Under the pieces are notes generated by a model. That model worked only from the letters and a program-made list of their open reading frames with translations, was not told the DNA's origin and did no database searches. A program made the translations under genes and the position numbers. From assembly GCA_031427895.1 (NCBI GenBank), contig JANPOH010000034.1:1-39603 (forward strand): a stretch of DNA of 39,603 nt. Reading direction: 5' to 3'. The stretch comes from Betaproteobacteria bacterium (GTDB lineage Bacteria; Pseudomonadota; Gammaproteobacteria; Burkholderiales; SG8-41). This document shows positions 18,131 through 26,900 of this stretch, in pieces (within the stretch, counting starts at the first letter, position 1; the number at the start of each line of letters is the position of its first letter).

Positions 18131-19621
18131 GTGACCGTGGCAGGCGATCTGCGCCGCTTTGATCCGCATTCTTCCTCGCCGGTGCGTTTGCTGGCGGAGC
18201 AGGCGTTTTCGCGCGCGGCGGGTGCGCCGCTGGTGCCGGGCAATCGCGTGCGGCTGCTGCGCGATGCGGGCGAAAATTATCCGGCGTGGCTGGCCGCCAT
18301 CGCCGCGGCGCAACGCTTCATCCTGTTTGAAAATTACATTATCCAGAACGATGCCGCAGGGCAACGCTTTGTCGAGGCATTGACCGCGCGTGCGCGCGCG
18401 GGCGTGCGGGTGTGCGTGATTTACGATTGGTTTGGCGGGTTGGGTCTGGGCTCGCGGCGCTTGCTGGCGCCCCTGATCGATGCGGGCGCGCAAGTGCGCG
18501 TGTTTAATCCGCCCTCCTTCGGCAGTCCGTTCGGCTGGATGCAGCGTGACCACCGCAAGATGATGACGGTCGATGGCGTGGTGGGTTATGTGTCGGGGTT
18601 GTGCGTGAGCAGCCGCTGGGAGGGCGATGCCGCGCGCGGCATCGAGCCGTGGCGCGATACGGGTCTTGAAGTCACTGGCCCCGCGGTGGCGGATATCGAG
18701 CGCGCTTTCGCGCAAGTGTGGGCGGCGGTGGGCGCGCCGCTGCCGGATGACCTGTTTACCGATGCCGCAGCGATGGCGCGCAGGGGCGATATCGCGCTGC
18801 GGGTGCTGGCGAATCAGCCCAATGTGGCGAATTTATACCGGCTCGATCAACTGATCGCGGCGATGGCCACGCACACGTTGTGGCTGACCGATGCGTATTT
18901 CATCGGGCTGCCGGCGTATGTGCAGGCGCTGCGCGCCGCCGCGCAGGACGGCGTGGATGTGCGGCTGCTGGTGCCGGGGGCAAGCAACCTGTTCGCGGTA
19001 TCCACCTTGTCGCGCGCGGGCTATCGCTCGCTGCTGGAAGGCGGCATCCGCGTGTTTGAATGGAATGGACCGATGCTGCACGCGAAAACCGCCGTGGCGG
19101 ACGGGCGCTGGGCGCGCGTGGGTTCCACCAATCTGAATTTGACCAGTTGGATGGGCAACTATGAACTGGATATTGCCATAGAGGATTCGGGCTTCGCCGG
19201 TAAAATGCAGGCGATGTACGAAAGCGACCTTGCCAACGCCACCGAAATCCACCTGTTGCCGCGCAATCGCGTGCGGCCGCGGGTGCGCGCCGCGCGCGCG
19301 CGCGGGCGCTTTCGGGGCAGCGCGTCACGCGCGGCGGCGGGTGCGCTGCGTATCGGTAACACGGTGAGCGCGGCGATTACCGATCACCGCGTGCTGGGGC
19401 CTGCCGAGGCGGGCATCATGGCGATGGTGAGCGTGGTGATCCTTGTGCTGGTGGCGATAGGGTTGCTGTGGCCGCTGGCGGTGGTGTTGCCGCTCGGCGT
19501 GCTCGGCGGTTGGATCGCTGTTTCTCTGCTGGCGCGCGCTTATGTGCTGCGCCGGGAGGGCGCGCGTGGCAAAGCCGCTGATAAAGCGGACGACAGCGCC
19601 TCGCGGCCCGGGCCGTCCTGA
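18131..19621 (+). CDS. Phospholipase D / cardiolipin synthase (ClsB-like) family protein with C-terminal TM helices
   Basis: Two HKD motifs (HRKMMTVDG and HAKTAVADGRWARVGSTNLN). Two predicted TM helices near the C-terminus (IMAMVSVVILVLVAIGLLWPLAVVLPLGVLGGWIAVSLLA). GTG start. Confidence 0.85.
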   Translation: MTVAGDLRRFDPHSSSPVRLLAEQAFSRAAGAPLVPGNRVRLLRDAGENYPAWLAAIAAAQRFILFENYIIQNDAAGQRFVEALTARARAGVRVCVIYDWFGGLGLGSRRLLAPLIDAGAQVRVFNPPSFGSPFGWMQRDHRKMMTVDGVVGYVSGLCVSSRWEGDAARGIEPWRDTGLEVTGPAVADIERAFAQVWAAVGAPLPDDLFTDAAAMARRGDIALRVLANQPNVANLYRLDQLIAAMATHTLWLTDAYFIGLPAYVQALRAAAQDGVDVRLLVPGASNLFAVSTLSRAGYRSLLEGGIRVFEWNGPMLHAKTAVADGRWARVGSTNLNLTSWMGNYELDIAIEDSGFAGKMQAMYESDLANATEIHLLPRNRVRPRVRAARARGRFRGSASRAAAGALRIGNTVSAAITDHRVLGPAEAGIMAMVSVVILVLVAIGLLWPLAVVLPLGVLGGWIAVSLLARAYVLRREGARGKAADKADDSASRPGPS

Positions 19622-19643
19622 TTATGCGGCGTTTATGCGGCGT
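19622..19643. repeat. Perfect 11-nt tandem duplication filling the convergent PLD/yggT spacer
   Basis: TTATGCGGCGT TTATGCGGCGT, between the PLD stop (19621) and the yggT stop (19645). Confidence 0.9.
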
Positions 19644-19644
19644 T

Positions 19645-20214
19645 TCAGAGCAGCAACGCGGGCAGCCGTTCCAGATACGCCAGCGGCACCATCAGGATCA
19701 GTTGCAGTAGTAGCAGCGCGATCAGCGGCGACAGATCGACCACGCCGATCGGCGGCACCACGCGCTGAATCGGCCGCAGCAGCGGGCGCGTGAGCATATT
19801 CACCAGCGAGGACATCGGGCTGGCCGGATTAACCCACGAAATAATCACCAGCAAAATGATGCCGCCTATCGCGAGGTACACCGCCAGCCGCAGCAGCATC
19901 ACGATGGCGAGCAGCAATACCATGCCCAGGACCGCCCCCGAGGTTAGCGCCAGACCTTTGATGGCGACCGTCAGCGTCGCTTCAATAGCGAGCACGCCCC
20001 ACGCCAGCACCAGTGACGCCAGATCCATGCCCCGCAATCCGGGAATGACGCGGCGCGCGGGCAGCACCGCGAAGTTGGTCAGCGACTGCACAAACTCAGT
20101 CAGCGGATTGCGTATCGGCGCGCGGCACCATTGCATCCAGAAACGCAGCAGCAGTATCCCGGCGAAGAATCCGCTGATCGACTGAATGACAAATAGCAGG
20201 GCGTTGCTAATCAT
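19645..20214 (-). CDS. yggT: YggT-family integral membrane protein
   Basis: 189-aa hydrophobic ORF downstream of proC in the conserved yggS-proC-yggT arrangement. Confidence 0.8.
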   Translation of the reverse strand: MISNALLFVIQSISGFFAGILLLRFWMQWCRAPIRNPLTEFVQSLTNFAVLPARRVIPGLRGMDLASLVLAWGVLAIEATLTVAIKGLALTSGAVLGMVLLLAIVMLLRLAVYLAIGGIILLVIISWVNPASPMSSLVNMLTRPLLRPIQRVVPPIGVVDLSPLIALLLLQLILMVPLAYLERLPALLL

Positions 20215-20256
20215 AAATGTTGTTTAAAAACAAGTAGTTACGATGTGTCAACGCAA

Positions 20257-21069
20257 TCAACCCCGCCCCAGCTCGTCACCCAGTTCGCGCGAGCGTGCGG
20301 CGGCCGCGTTGACGGCGCGCACAATGGCCGCTTTGATCTGGTCGCCCTCCATCGAGGCCAACGCGCGCTCGGTGGTGCCGCCTTTTGACGTCACGCGCGC
20401 GCGCAGGGTGGCGATATCTTCCGTGCTTTGCGCCGCGAGTTTGGCCGCGCCGGTAAAGGTGCTGGTGGCGAGTTGGCGCGCGGTTTCCGCGCTCATGCCG
20501 AGTTCGCGCGCGGCCTGCTCCAGCGCTTCGATGAAATAAAACACGTACGCCGGGCCGCTGCCGGACACCGCGGTCACGCTGTCGATATCGCTCTCGCGCT
20601 CCACCCACACCGTTTCACCCACCGCGCCCATGATGCTGGCGGTGCGTTTGCGGTCATCCGCCGTAACGCCGGGCATGGCGTAGAGGCCGGAGATGCCCGC
20701 CAGCACCAGCGCGGGCGTATTGGGCATCACGCGCACGATGCGCTGATGGTTGCCGAGCCAGCGCGACAAATCGGCGCCGCGGATGCCCGCGGCGATGGTG
20801 ATGACCAGTGCGCCGCCGATCAGCGGCGCGAGTTGCGCGGCGGCGGCACGCATCTGCTGCGGCTTGATCGCCAGCACCACGCAATCGGTTTGCATCGCGC
20901 CGGCGTCGATGCCCGCGAATGTTTTGACCTGGTAGGTCTGTTCGAGTTTTTCGCGCGCGGCGGCCACAATCTCGACCACGCGCAACTGATCGGCGCGCCA
21001 GTCGCGCTGCAACAGGCCGCCGATGATGGCGGTGGCCATATTGCCGCCGCCGATAAAGGTGATGTTCAT
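20257..21069 (-). CDS. proC: Pyrroline-5-carboxylate reductase
   Basis: 270 aa. N-terminal Rossmann motif ITFIGGGNMA and C-terminal VTSKGGTTE motif. Confidence 0.95.
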   Translation of the reverse strand: MNITFIGGGNMATAIIGGLLQRDWRADQLRVVEIVAAAREKLEQTYQVKTFAGIDAGAMQTDCVVLAIKPQQMRAAAAQLAPLIGGALVITIAAGIRGADLSRWLGNHQRIVRVMPNTPALVLAGISGLYAMPGVTADDRKRTASIMGAVGETVWVERESDIDSVTAVSGSGPAYVFYFIEALEQAARELGMSAETARQLATSTFTGAAKLAAQSTEDIATLRARVTSKGGTTERALASMEGDQIKAAIVRAVNAAAARSRELGDELGRG

Positions 21070-21079
21070 GTGGGTAATC

Positions 21080-21128
21080 GTGAGGAATGAGGAGTGAGAA
21101 GTGAGGCGCGAGGCGTGGGACGGAGGGT
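21080..21128. repeat. Single-arm heptanucleotide tandem array in the yggS-proC spacer
   Basis: GTGAGGA ATGAGGA GTGAGAA GTGAGGC GCGAGGC GTGGGAC GGAGGGT. No inverted partner lies within the 76-nt spacer. Confidence 0.8.
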
Positions 21129-21145
21129 GACTATGGTAACGCGTT

Positions 21146-21835
21146 TTATCGCTTTTCCCTGGCGCCGAAAATGGCGGCGCCGACGCGCACTAGCGTCGCG
21201 CCCTCGGCGATGGCGTCTTCGAGATCGTCCGACATGCCCATCGACAGCGTATCCAGCGCGTGGCCGCGCGTGATCAGGTGTTGCTGCATGTCGCGCAACC
21301 TTGCGTAGCGTCGTCGCCGCAGCGCGCTGTCGGGCGTGGGTTCGGGGATCGCCATCAGCCCGCGCAGACGCAGGCGCGGCAGGTTCGCGATGGCCTCCGC
21401 CAGTGCGATTTCCGCGCCCGGCGCGATGCCGGATTTGCTGGCTTCGCCGCTGATATTGACTTGCAGACAGACATTCAGCGGCGGCAGATGCGCAGGGCGT
21501 GCTTCGTTCAGGCGTTGCGCGATTTTTTCGCGCTCGACGCCATGCACCCACTGAAAGTGTTCGGCGATGGCGCGGGTTTTGTTGCTTTGAATCGGGCCGA
21601 TCATGTGCCACTCAATGGCGCCGCCGCCAAGCGCCGCGATCTTATCCAGCGCTTCCTGCACGTAATTCTCGCCGAAGGCGCGCTGGCCGGCGGCATGGCA
21701 TTCCATGACCTGTGCGGCACCGAAGGTCTTGCTGACCGCCAGCAACATGATCGATTCAGCCGGGCGGTCGGCGGCGCGCGCGGCATGCACTATACGCGCC
21801 CGCACCGCTTGCAAGTTGGCGGAGATTGGCGTCAT
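21146..21835 (-). CDS. yggS: YggS-family pyridoxal-phosphate homeostasis protein
   Basis: 229 aa. PLP-lysine context LLAVSKT and the alanine-racemase N-terminal-like fold family. Upstream of proC. Confidence 0.92.
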   Translation of the reverse strand: MTPISANLQAVRARIVHAARAADRPAESIMLLAVSKTFGAAQVMECHAAGQRAFGENYVQEALDKIAALGGGAIEWHMIGPIQSNKTRAIAEHFQWVHGVEREKIAQRLNEARPAHLPPLNVCLQVNISGEASKSGIAPGAEIALAEAIANLPRLRLRGLMAIPEPTPDSALRRRRYARLRDMQQHLITRGHALDTLSMGMSDDLEDAIAEGATLVRVGAAIFGAREKR

Positions 21836-21957
21836 AATTTGCCCGTGTTTTTCATTGTCGGCGCGCCGTTGCTGTTGCCGGATTGGCGTAGAATCAATGC
21901 CTTAGTGCATGAGTGGGTTTGGTAAAAACCGGATTCGGGTTAATCAGGGAAATTATA

Positions 21958-22998
21958 ATGGACATCTCCGAACTGCTGGCCTTCGTGGTCAAGAACAAAG
22001 CCTCTGACCTGCATTTATCGGCCGGCTTGCCGCCGATGATACGGGTGCATGGCGACGTGCGCCGCATTAACCTGCCGCCGCTGGAGCACAAAGACGTGCA
22101 TGCCATGGTGTATGACATCATGAACGACGGCCAGCGCAAGTTCTACGAAGAAAATCTCGAATGCGACTTTTCGTTCGAGATTCCCAATCTGGCGCGCTTT
22201 CGCGTCAATGCCTTTAACCAGAATCGCGGCGCGGGCGGCGTGTTTCGCACCATTCCGTCCAAGGTGCTGTCGCTGGAAGACTTGAAGGCACCCAAATGCT
22301 TCGGCGACATTGCCAATCAACCGCGGGGCATGGTGCTGGTGACCGGCCCGACCGGCTCCGGCAAATCGACGACCCTTGCGGCAATGGTGAACCACCTCAA
22401 CGAAAACGAATATGGTCACATTCTCACTGTTGAAGACCCCATCGAATTCGTGCATGAATCCAAGAAATGCCTGATGAACCAGCGCGAGGTGGGGCCGCAT
22501 ACGATGTCGTTTGCCAATGCCTTGCGCTCGGCGCTGCGGCAAGACCCCGATATTATTCTGGTGGGTGAGATGCGCGATCTGGAAACCATCCGCCTGGCGA
22601 TGACTGCCGCCGAGACCGGTCACCTGGTATTCGGCACCCTGCACACCAGTTCGGCTGCCAAGACCATCGACCGTATCATCGACGTGTTCCCGGCGGAAGA
22701 GAAGGAAATGATTCGCTCGATGTTGTCGGAGTCGTTGCGCGCGGTGATCTCGCAGACCCTGCTCAAAACCAAGGACGGCGCCAGCCGTGTCGCCGCACAC
22801 GAAATCATGGTCGGCACACCCGCCATCCGCAACCTGATTCGCGAAGGCAAGGTGGCGCAAATGTATTCGGCGATTCAAACCGGCGCGCAACTCGGCATGC
22901 AGACGCTCGATCAGAACCTCCTGGACTTGGTCAAGCGCAACGTGGTGAGCAAGGAAGAGGCGCGCAACAAGGCCACCAACAAAGATAACTTCAACTAA
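21958..22998 (+). CDS. pilT: Type IV pilus retraction ATPase PilT
   Basis: ATG 21958 gives 346 aa. Walker A GPTGSGKST and the PilT signature AHEIMVGTPAIRNLIREGK. The 15-codon extension in the ORF track is unlikely. Confidence 0.95.
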   Translation: MDISELLAFVVKNKASDLHLSAGLPPMIRVHGDVRRINLPPLEHKDVHAMVYDIMNDGQRKFYEENLECDFSFEIPNLARFRVNAFNQNRGAGGVFRTIPSKVLSLEDLKAPKCFGDIANQPRGMVLVTGPTGSGKSTTLAAMVNHLNENEYGHILTVEDPIEFVHESKKCLMNQREVGPHTMSFANALRSALRQDPDIILVGEMRDLETIRLAMTAAETGHLVFGTLHTSSAAKTIDRIIDVFPAEEKEMIRSMLSESLRAVISQTLLKTKDGASRVAAHEIMVGTPAIRNLIREGKVAQMYSAIQTGAQLGMQTLDQNLLDLVKRNVVSKEEARNKATNKDNFN

Positions 22999-23037
22999 GC
23001 CGTAACCGACTGACCAGATTGAACGCGGGAGAAAACA

Positions 23038-24174
23038 ATGGATAGGGATCAAGGCGTCAAATTCATGCACGACCTGTTGCGGGCCATGGTCGCGAAAAAA
23101 GCCTCGGACTTGTTTATCACGGCCGGCTTTCCGCCCGCGATCAAGCTCGACGGCAAGATGATGCCGGTCGCCAATCAGCAGCTCACGCCGCAGCATACGG
23201 GCGATCTGGCCGCCGCCATGATGAACGACAAGCAGGCGGCGGAGTTCGAATCCACCAAGGAATGCAACTTCGCCATCAGCCCCAGCGGCATCGGACGCTT
23301 TCGTGTGAGCGCGTTCGTGCAACAGGGGCGGGTGGGCATGGTGCTGCGGACCATCGTGGCGTCGATCCCGAAATTCGAGGAACTCGGCTTGCCGGGCGTG
23401 CTCAAAGACGTGGTGATGCAAAAGCGCGGGCTGGTGATGATGGTGGGCGGCACGGGTTCGGGCAAATCCACTTCGCTCGCGGCGATGATCGGCCATCGCA
23501 ATGAAAACAGCTATGGCCACATCATCACCATCGAAGACCCGATAGAATTTGTGCATGATCACAAAAACTGCATCATCACCCAGCGCGAAGTGGGCGTGGA
23601 TACCGACAGTTGGGGGGCGGCGCTGAAGAACACCCTGCGCCAGGCGCCCGATGTGATTTTGATCGGTGAAATTCGCGATCGCGACACCATGGATTACGCC
23701 ATCGCCTTCGCCGAAACCGGCCACCTGTGCATGGCCACGTTGCACGCCAACAGCGCCAATCAGGCGCTGGATCGCATTATCAACTTCTTCCCCGAGGAGC
23801 GCCGGCACCAGTTGCTGATGGACCTGTCGCTGAACCTGCGCGCCATCGTGTCGCAACGCCTGCTGCCCAAGCGCGACGGCAAGGGGCGCGCGGCGGCGGT
23901 CGAGATCATGCTCAATTCGCCGTTGATATCCGATTTGATTTTCAAGGGCGACGTGCATGAGATCAAGGAGATCATGAAAAAGTCGCGTGAAATCGGCATG
24001 CAGACCTTCGATCAGGCGCTGTTTGATCTGTACGAAGCCGGTCTCGTCAGCTACGAAGATGCGCTACGCAACGCTGATTCATTGAACGAACTGCGGCTGA
24101 ATATCAAACTTCAGGGCAAGGAAGCGAAGGACAAAGACGTCATGACCGGCATCGATCACCTGCAAATCACCTGA
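23038..24174 (+). CDS. pilU: Type IV pilus ATPase PilU (PilT paralogue)
   Basis: 378 aa. Walker A GGTGSGKST. Homologous to PilT throughout, and immediately downstream of pilT. Confidence 0.92.
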   Translation: MDRDQGVKFMHDLLRAMVAKKASDLFITAGFPPAIKLDGKMMPVANQQLTPQHTGDLAAAMMNDKQAAEFESTKECNFAISPSGIGRFRVSAFVQQGRVGMVLRTIVASIPKFEELGLPGVLKDVVMQKRGLVMMVGGTGSGKSTSLAAMIGHRNENSYGHIITIEDPIEFVHDHKNCIITQREVGVDTDSWGAALKNTLRQAPDVILIGEIRDRDTMDYAIAFAETGHLCMATLHANSANQALDRIINFFPEERRHQLLMDLSLNLRAIVSQRLLPKRDGKGRAAAVEIMLNSPLISDLIFKGDVHEIKEIMKKSREIGMQTFDQALFDLYEAGLVSYEDALRNADSLNELRLNIKLQGKEAKDKDVMTGIDHLQIT

Positions 24175-24198
24175 TTCGCGCGCGACGCATGCGCAAGG

Positions 24199-24229
24199 AA
24201 ACGCCGGTGTACTCACCGGCGTTTTTTTT
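24199..24229 (+). terminator. Rho-independent terminator after pilU
   Basis: Stem AACGCCGGTG / CACCGGCGTT with a 4-nt loop (tact), followed by a run of eight T (24222-24229), 25 nt after the pilU stop. Confidence 0.85.
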
Positions 24230-24268
24230 CAGGACTTGCCGTCTCCGCCACGCGCCTGACTCACGCCA

Positions 24269-25012
24269 ATGATTCTGCCTTTTGATCCGCAAACCTTCGC
24301 CATGGCCGCCGTGGTGGTATTTGGCGCGTATATCATTTTTGGCGTGACGGCGTTCGGCGCGGCGCTGTTTACCGTGCCCATTTTGTCGCATTTTCTGCCG
24401 CTGGCGTTCGTGCTGCCCACCTGCGTCCTGCTCGACGTGGCGGCGGCGCTGGCAGTGGGCGGGCGCATCACCCGCGAGGCTGACTGGTCCGAGCTGCGCT
24501 GGATGATCCCGTTTGCGATTGTCGGCGCGGTGGTCGGCGTGACGCTGCTGGTGAATTTGCCGCAGCACGCGATTCTCATCGCCCTGGGCGCTTTCCTGCT
24601 GATCTACGGCAGCTATTCGCTACGCAAGGACGCGGCGGTCGGGCAGGTGAGCCGCGCCTGGGCGCCGGTAACCGGCTTTATCGGCGGCTCGATGGGCACG
24701 CTGCTGGGGATCGCCGCGCCGCCCTACGCGATCTACCTGGCGCGGCGCATCGCCGAGCCGCGCGCTTACCGCGCCACGCTGTCGAACATGGTGATTTTTT
24801 CGACCACCACGCGCGCGCTGGTGTTTCTGGCCGGCGGCCTGATGCTGGTTGACCGGCTCACGGCGTTCGTGCTGCTGCTGCCCTTCGCGCTGGCCGGCAT
24901 CTGGGTCGGCACGCGCATCAGCGCCCGCGTGTCGCGCGCGCAATTGTTGCGCGTGGTGAGCGTGCTGCTGATGCTGATCGGTGCATCGTTGCTGCTGCGC
25001 GCGGCGGGGTAG
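24269..25012 (+). CDS. TauE/SafE-family anion (sulfite-type) exporter permease
   Basis: 247-aa polytopic membrane ORF with the two-halves architecture and Gly-rich helices typical of TauE/SafE (DUF81). Confidence 0.75.
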   Translation: MILPFDPQTFAMAAVVVFGAYIIFGVTAFGAALFTVPILSHFLPLAFVLPTCVLLDVAAALAVGGRITREADWSELRWMIPFAIVGAVVGVTLLVNLPQHAILIALGAFLLIYGSYSLRKDAAVGQVSRAWAPVTGFIGGSMGTLLGIAAPPYAIYLARRIAEPRAYRATLSNMVIFSTTTRALVFLAGGLMLVDRLTAFVLLLPFALAGIWVGTRISARVSRAQLLRVVSVLLMLIGASLLLRAAG

Positions 25013-25021
25013 CCAATATCC

Positions 25022-25676
25022 TTAAATGGCCGCGATAAATTGTTTAATCTGACCGATATGTTCTTCATACATTCTATTCTGGTCAAAGAAAAACTCCCCC
25101 GCCAGGTTTTTTTGTAGTTCAGATTTTTCAATCCGCGCGTCGAGGCTTGCCGTGACGACAAGCTGGGAGAATTCATTTATCACGAAATAATCCAGCAGAC
25201 CACGAACAGAGTCATGTCCCTGCGATAATTTGATGAGCTTGATTTTTCCTTCGTTAGAAAGGGAGGTCAGCAGTTGGCTGCCAATAAGGTTATCCGGCGC
25301 GCCGGAAAACCCCGCCACATAAACTTCCAAGCCCGCGCTTTCCGAATGGTTTTGAAAAATATTGCTGAACAGTTCAAATATGGACTAAATCGGAATCCAA
25401 TGAGGAAAAGAAGTAGAGAACGCGATTGCCGCGCTGGTGTCTGTCAGGCAGATTCGCGGCAAGGGCTTCTCCGTAGCGCTGCATGAAAGGTTCGATCAAT
25501 GTGTAATAGGTTTCATAGACATCCGGGCGCTCAAAATGTTTGGCGAATTTGATGTAGAAGAAATTCTCCCATTTCAATACATCGTTGAATTCTTCTCGCT
25601 CCAGGGCGGCGTGAAATTGCTGCGCCATCTCCGCCGATATTTGCTCAACAAAGTCCGGCACTTGATGCAGAATCAC
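25022..25676 (-). pseudogene. Low-GC orphan ORF split into two frames (100 aa + 102 aa); probable frameshifted and truncated gene remnant, function unknown
   Basis: The ORFs at 25374-25676 (GTG start) and 25022-25330 (TTG start) are offset by one nucleotide. The second frame is already open from 25384, so an indel within 25377-25384 would fuse them into about 215 aa. The composition is protein-like. G+C is far below that of the neighbouring genes. Confidence 0.5.
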
Positions 25677-25693
25677 GAAGCGTCGTGGAAAAA

Positions 25694-26896
25694 TCAGACT
25701 GGCGCGCCGGGTTTCACGCGCCGCATGCTGCCGGACACCAACTTGTATTCAAACAGCCGGCATTCCAGCGCACCGTTAAACAGCGGTGTGCGTTTGGACG
25801 CGGAGAGGCCGATGCCCTTGGCCAGTTGCATGTCCGACGACAAAATGTAAGCCGTCCAGCCGCTGAATCTTTTTTTCAGCGCATCGCCGAGTTCGGGATA
25901 AAACGCGGCGAGCTGGTCGCGGTCTTCCATGCGTACGCCGTACGGCGGATTGGTGACGATGATGCCGCCGGACATCCCCGGCGGCGCCGGCGGCGGCATT
26001 TCAAATATGTTCGCCTGTTTGAGCGTGACGCTTTCGGCAAGGCCCAGCGCGGCAAGGTTGGTGCGCGCTAACTCCAGTGCGTCGCCACGCAGGTCGGAAC
26101 CATAAATATTTGTTTTTATTGACTTATTTTCTTTTGAGACGGCGTCGGCGCGCATTGCCTGCCAGGCGCGGGCGTCGAAATTCAACAGCTTCTCGAAGCC
26201 GAAGGCGCGGTTCACGCCCGGTGCGCGCTGGGCGGCGATCATCGCGGCCTCGCACAGTATCGTGCCGCTGCCGCACATCGGATCGAGCAGCGTTATGTCC
26301 GGCGTCCAGCCTGACAACGCCAGCATGCCTGCCGCGAGATTTTCGCGCAGCGGCGCTTCACCGGCCTCGCGCCGGTAACCGCGTTTGAACAGCGGCTCGC
26401 CCGAGGTGTCGAGATACAGCGTGAGATCCGCGGCGGTGAGAAAGGCATGCACGCGCACATCGGGCGCGTGGGTGTCGATGCTGGGACGCTTGTCGCGACT
26501 GTCACGATGGGCGCGAAACACGTCGCAAATCGCATCCTTGATACGCAGCGTGATGAAGTCGAGGCTCTTCACCGGCGCCTTGATCGCGGACACGTTCACG
26601 CGCAATGTGCGCTCGACGGCAAACAGCGCCGGCCAGTCAACCGTTTGTGTTGCCTGGTAAATATCCTGATCGGCGCTGGCGGGGCGATAGCGCGCCTGTC
26701 CCACGCGCCACAGCACGCGGCTGGCGACGCGGCTGTGCAGATTGGCGGCGTAGCCCAGCGTCAATGCGCCCGAAAAATGCACGCCGCCGTCCACCGCCTT
26801 GACGTTGGATGCGGCAAGAGCGGTGAGCTCTTTCGCCAGCACTTGTTCCAGTCCGCGCGGGCAACTGGCGAAAAAATGGGAGTCGTTATTCATCAA
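25694..26896 (-). CDS. THUMP-domain class I SAM-dependent RNA methyltransferase (RlmL N-terminal-half-like, COG0116)
   Basis: 400 aa. N-terminal THUMP-like region, SAM motif I DPMCGSGT and motif IV NPPYG. Confidence 0.88.
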   Translation of the reverse strand: MMNNDSHFFASCPRGLEQVLAKELTALAASNVKAVDGGVHFSGALTLGYAANLHSRVASRVLWRVGQARYRPASADQDIYQATQTVDWPALFAVERTLRVNVSAIKAPVKSLDFITLRIKDAICDVFRAHRDSRDKRPSIDTHAPDVRVHAFLTAADLTLYLDTSGEPLFKRGYRREAGEAPLRENLAAGMLALSGWTPDITLLDPMCGSGTILCEAAMIAAQRAPGVNRAFGFEKLLNFDARAWQAMRADAVSKENKSIKTNIYGSDLRGDALELARTNLAALGLAESVTLKQANIFEMPPPAPPGMSGGIIVTNPPYGVRMEDRDQLAAFYPELGDALKKRFSGWTAYILSSDMQLAKGIGLSASKRTPLFNGALECRLFEYKLVSGSMRRVKPGAPV

Positions 26897-26900
26897 TGGG

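Noticed and set aside
21836-21957. Sigma70 promoters in the yggS/pilT divergent region
   Set aside because: There is only a weak -10-like TAGAAT with no properly spaced -35 element. This is not supportable without transcription start data.
22015-23958. 647-aa ORF on the minus strand, the longest non-annotated ORF in the window
   Set aside because: It lies entirely antisense to pilT and pilU. It has no motifs and the same Arg/His/Ala-rich shadow composition.
25022-25676. The two ~100-aa low-GC ORFs as a toxin-antitoxin pair
   Set aside because: There is no recognisable toxin or antitoxin fold or DNA-binding motif. The ORFs are separated by 43 nt in frames related by a single-nt shift, which fits one broken gene better. 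The idea is kept only as an alternative under the finding.
25013-25693. Calling the low-GC patch a genomic island or mobile element
   Set aside because: No integrase, transposase, tRNA target or flanking direct or inverted repeats are visible, and the patch is only 0.68 kb.
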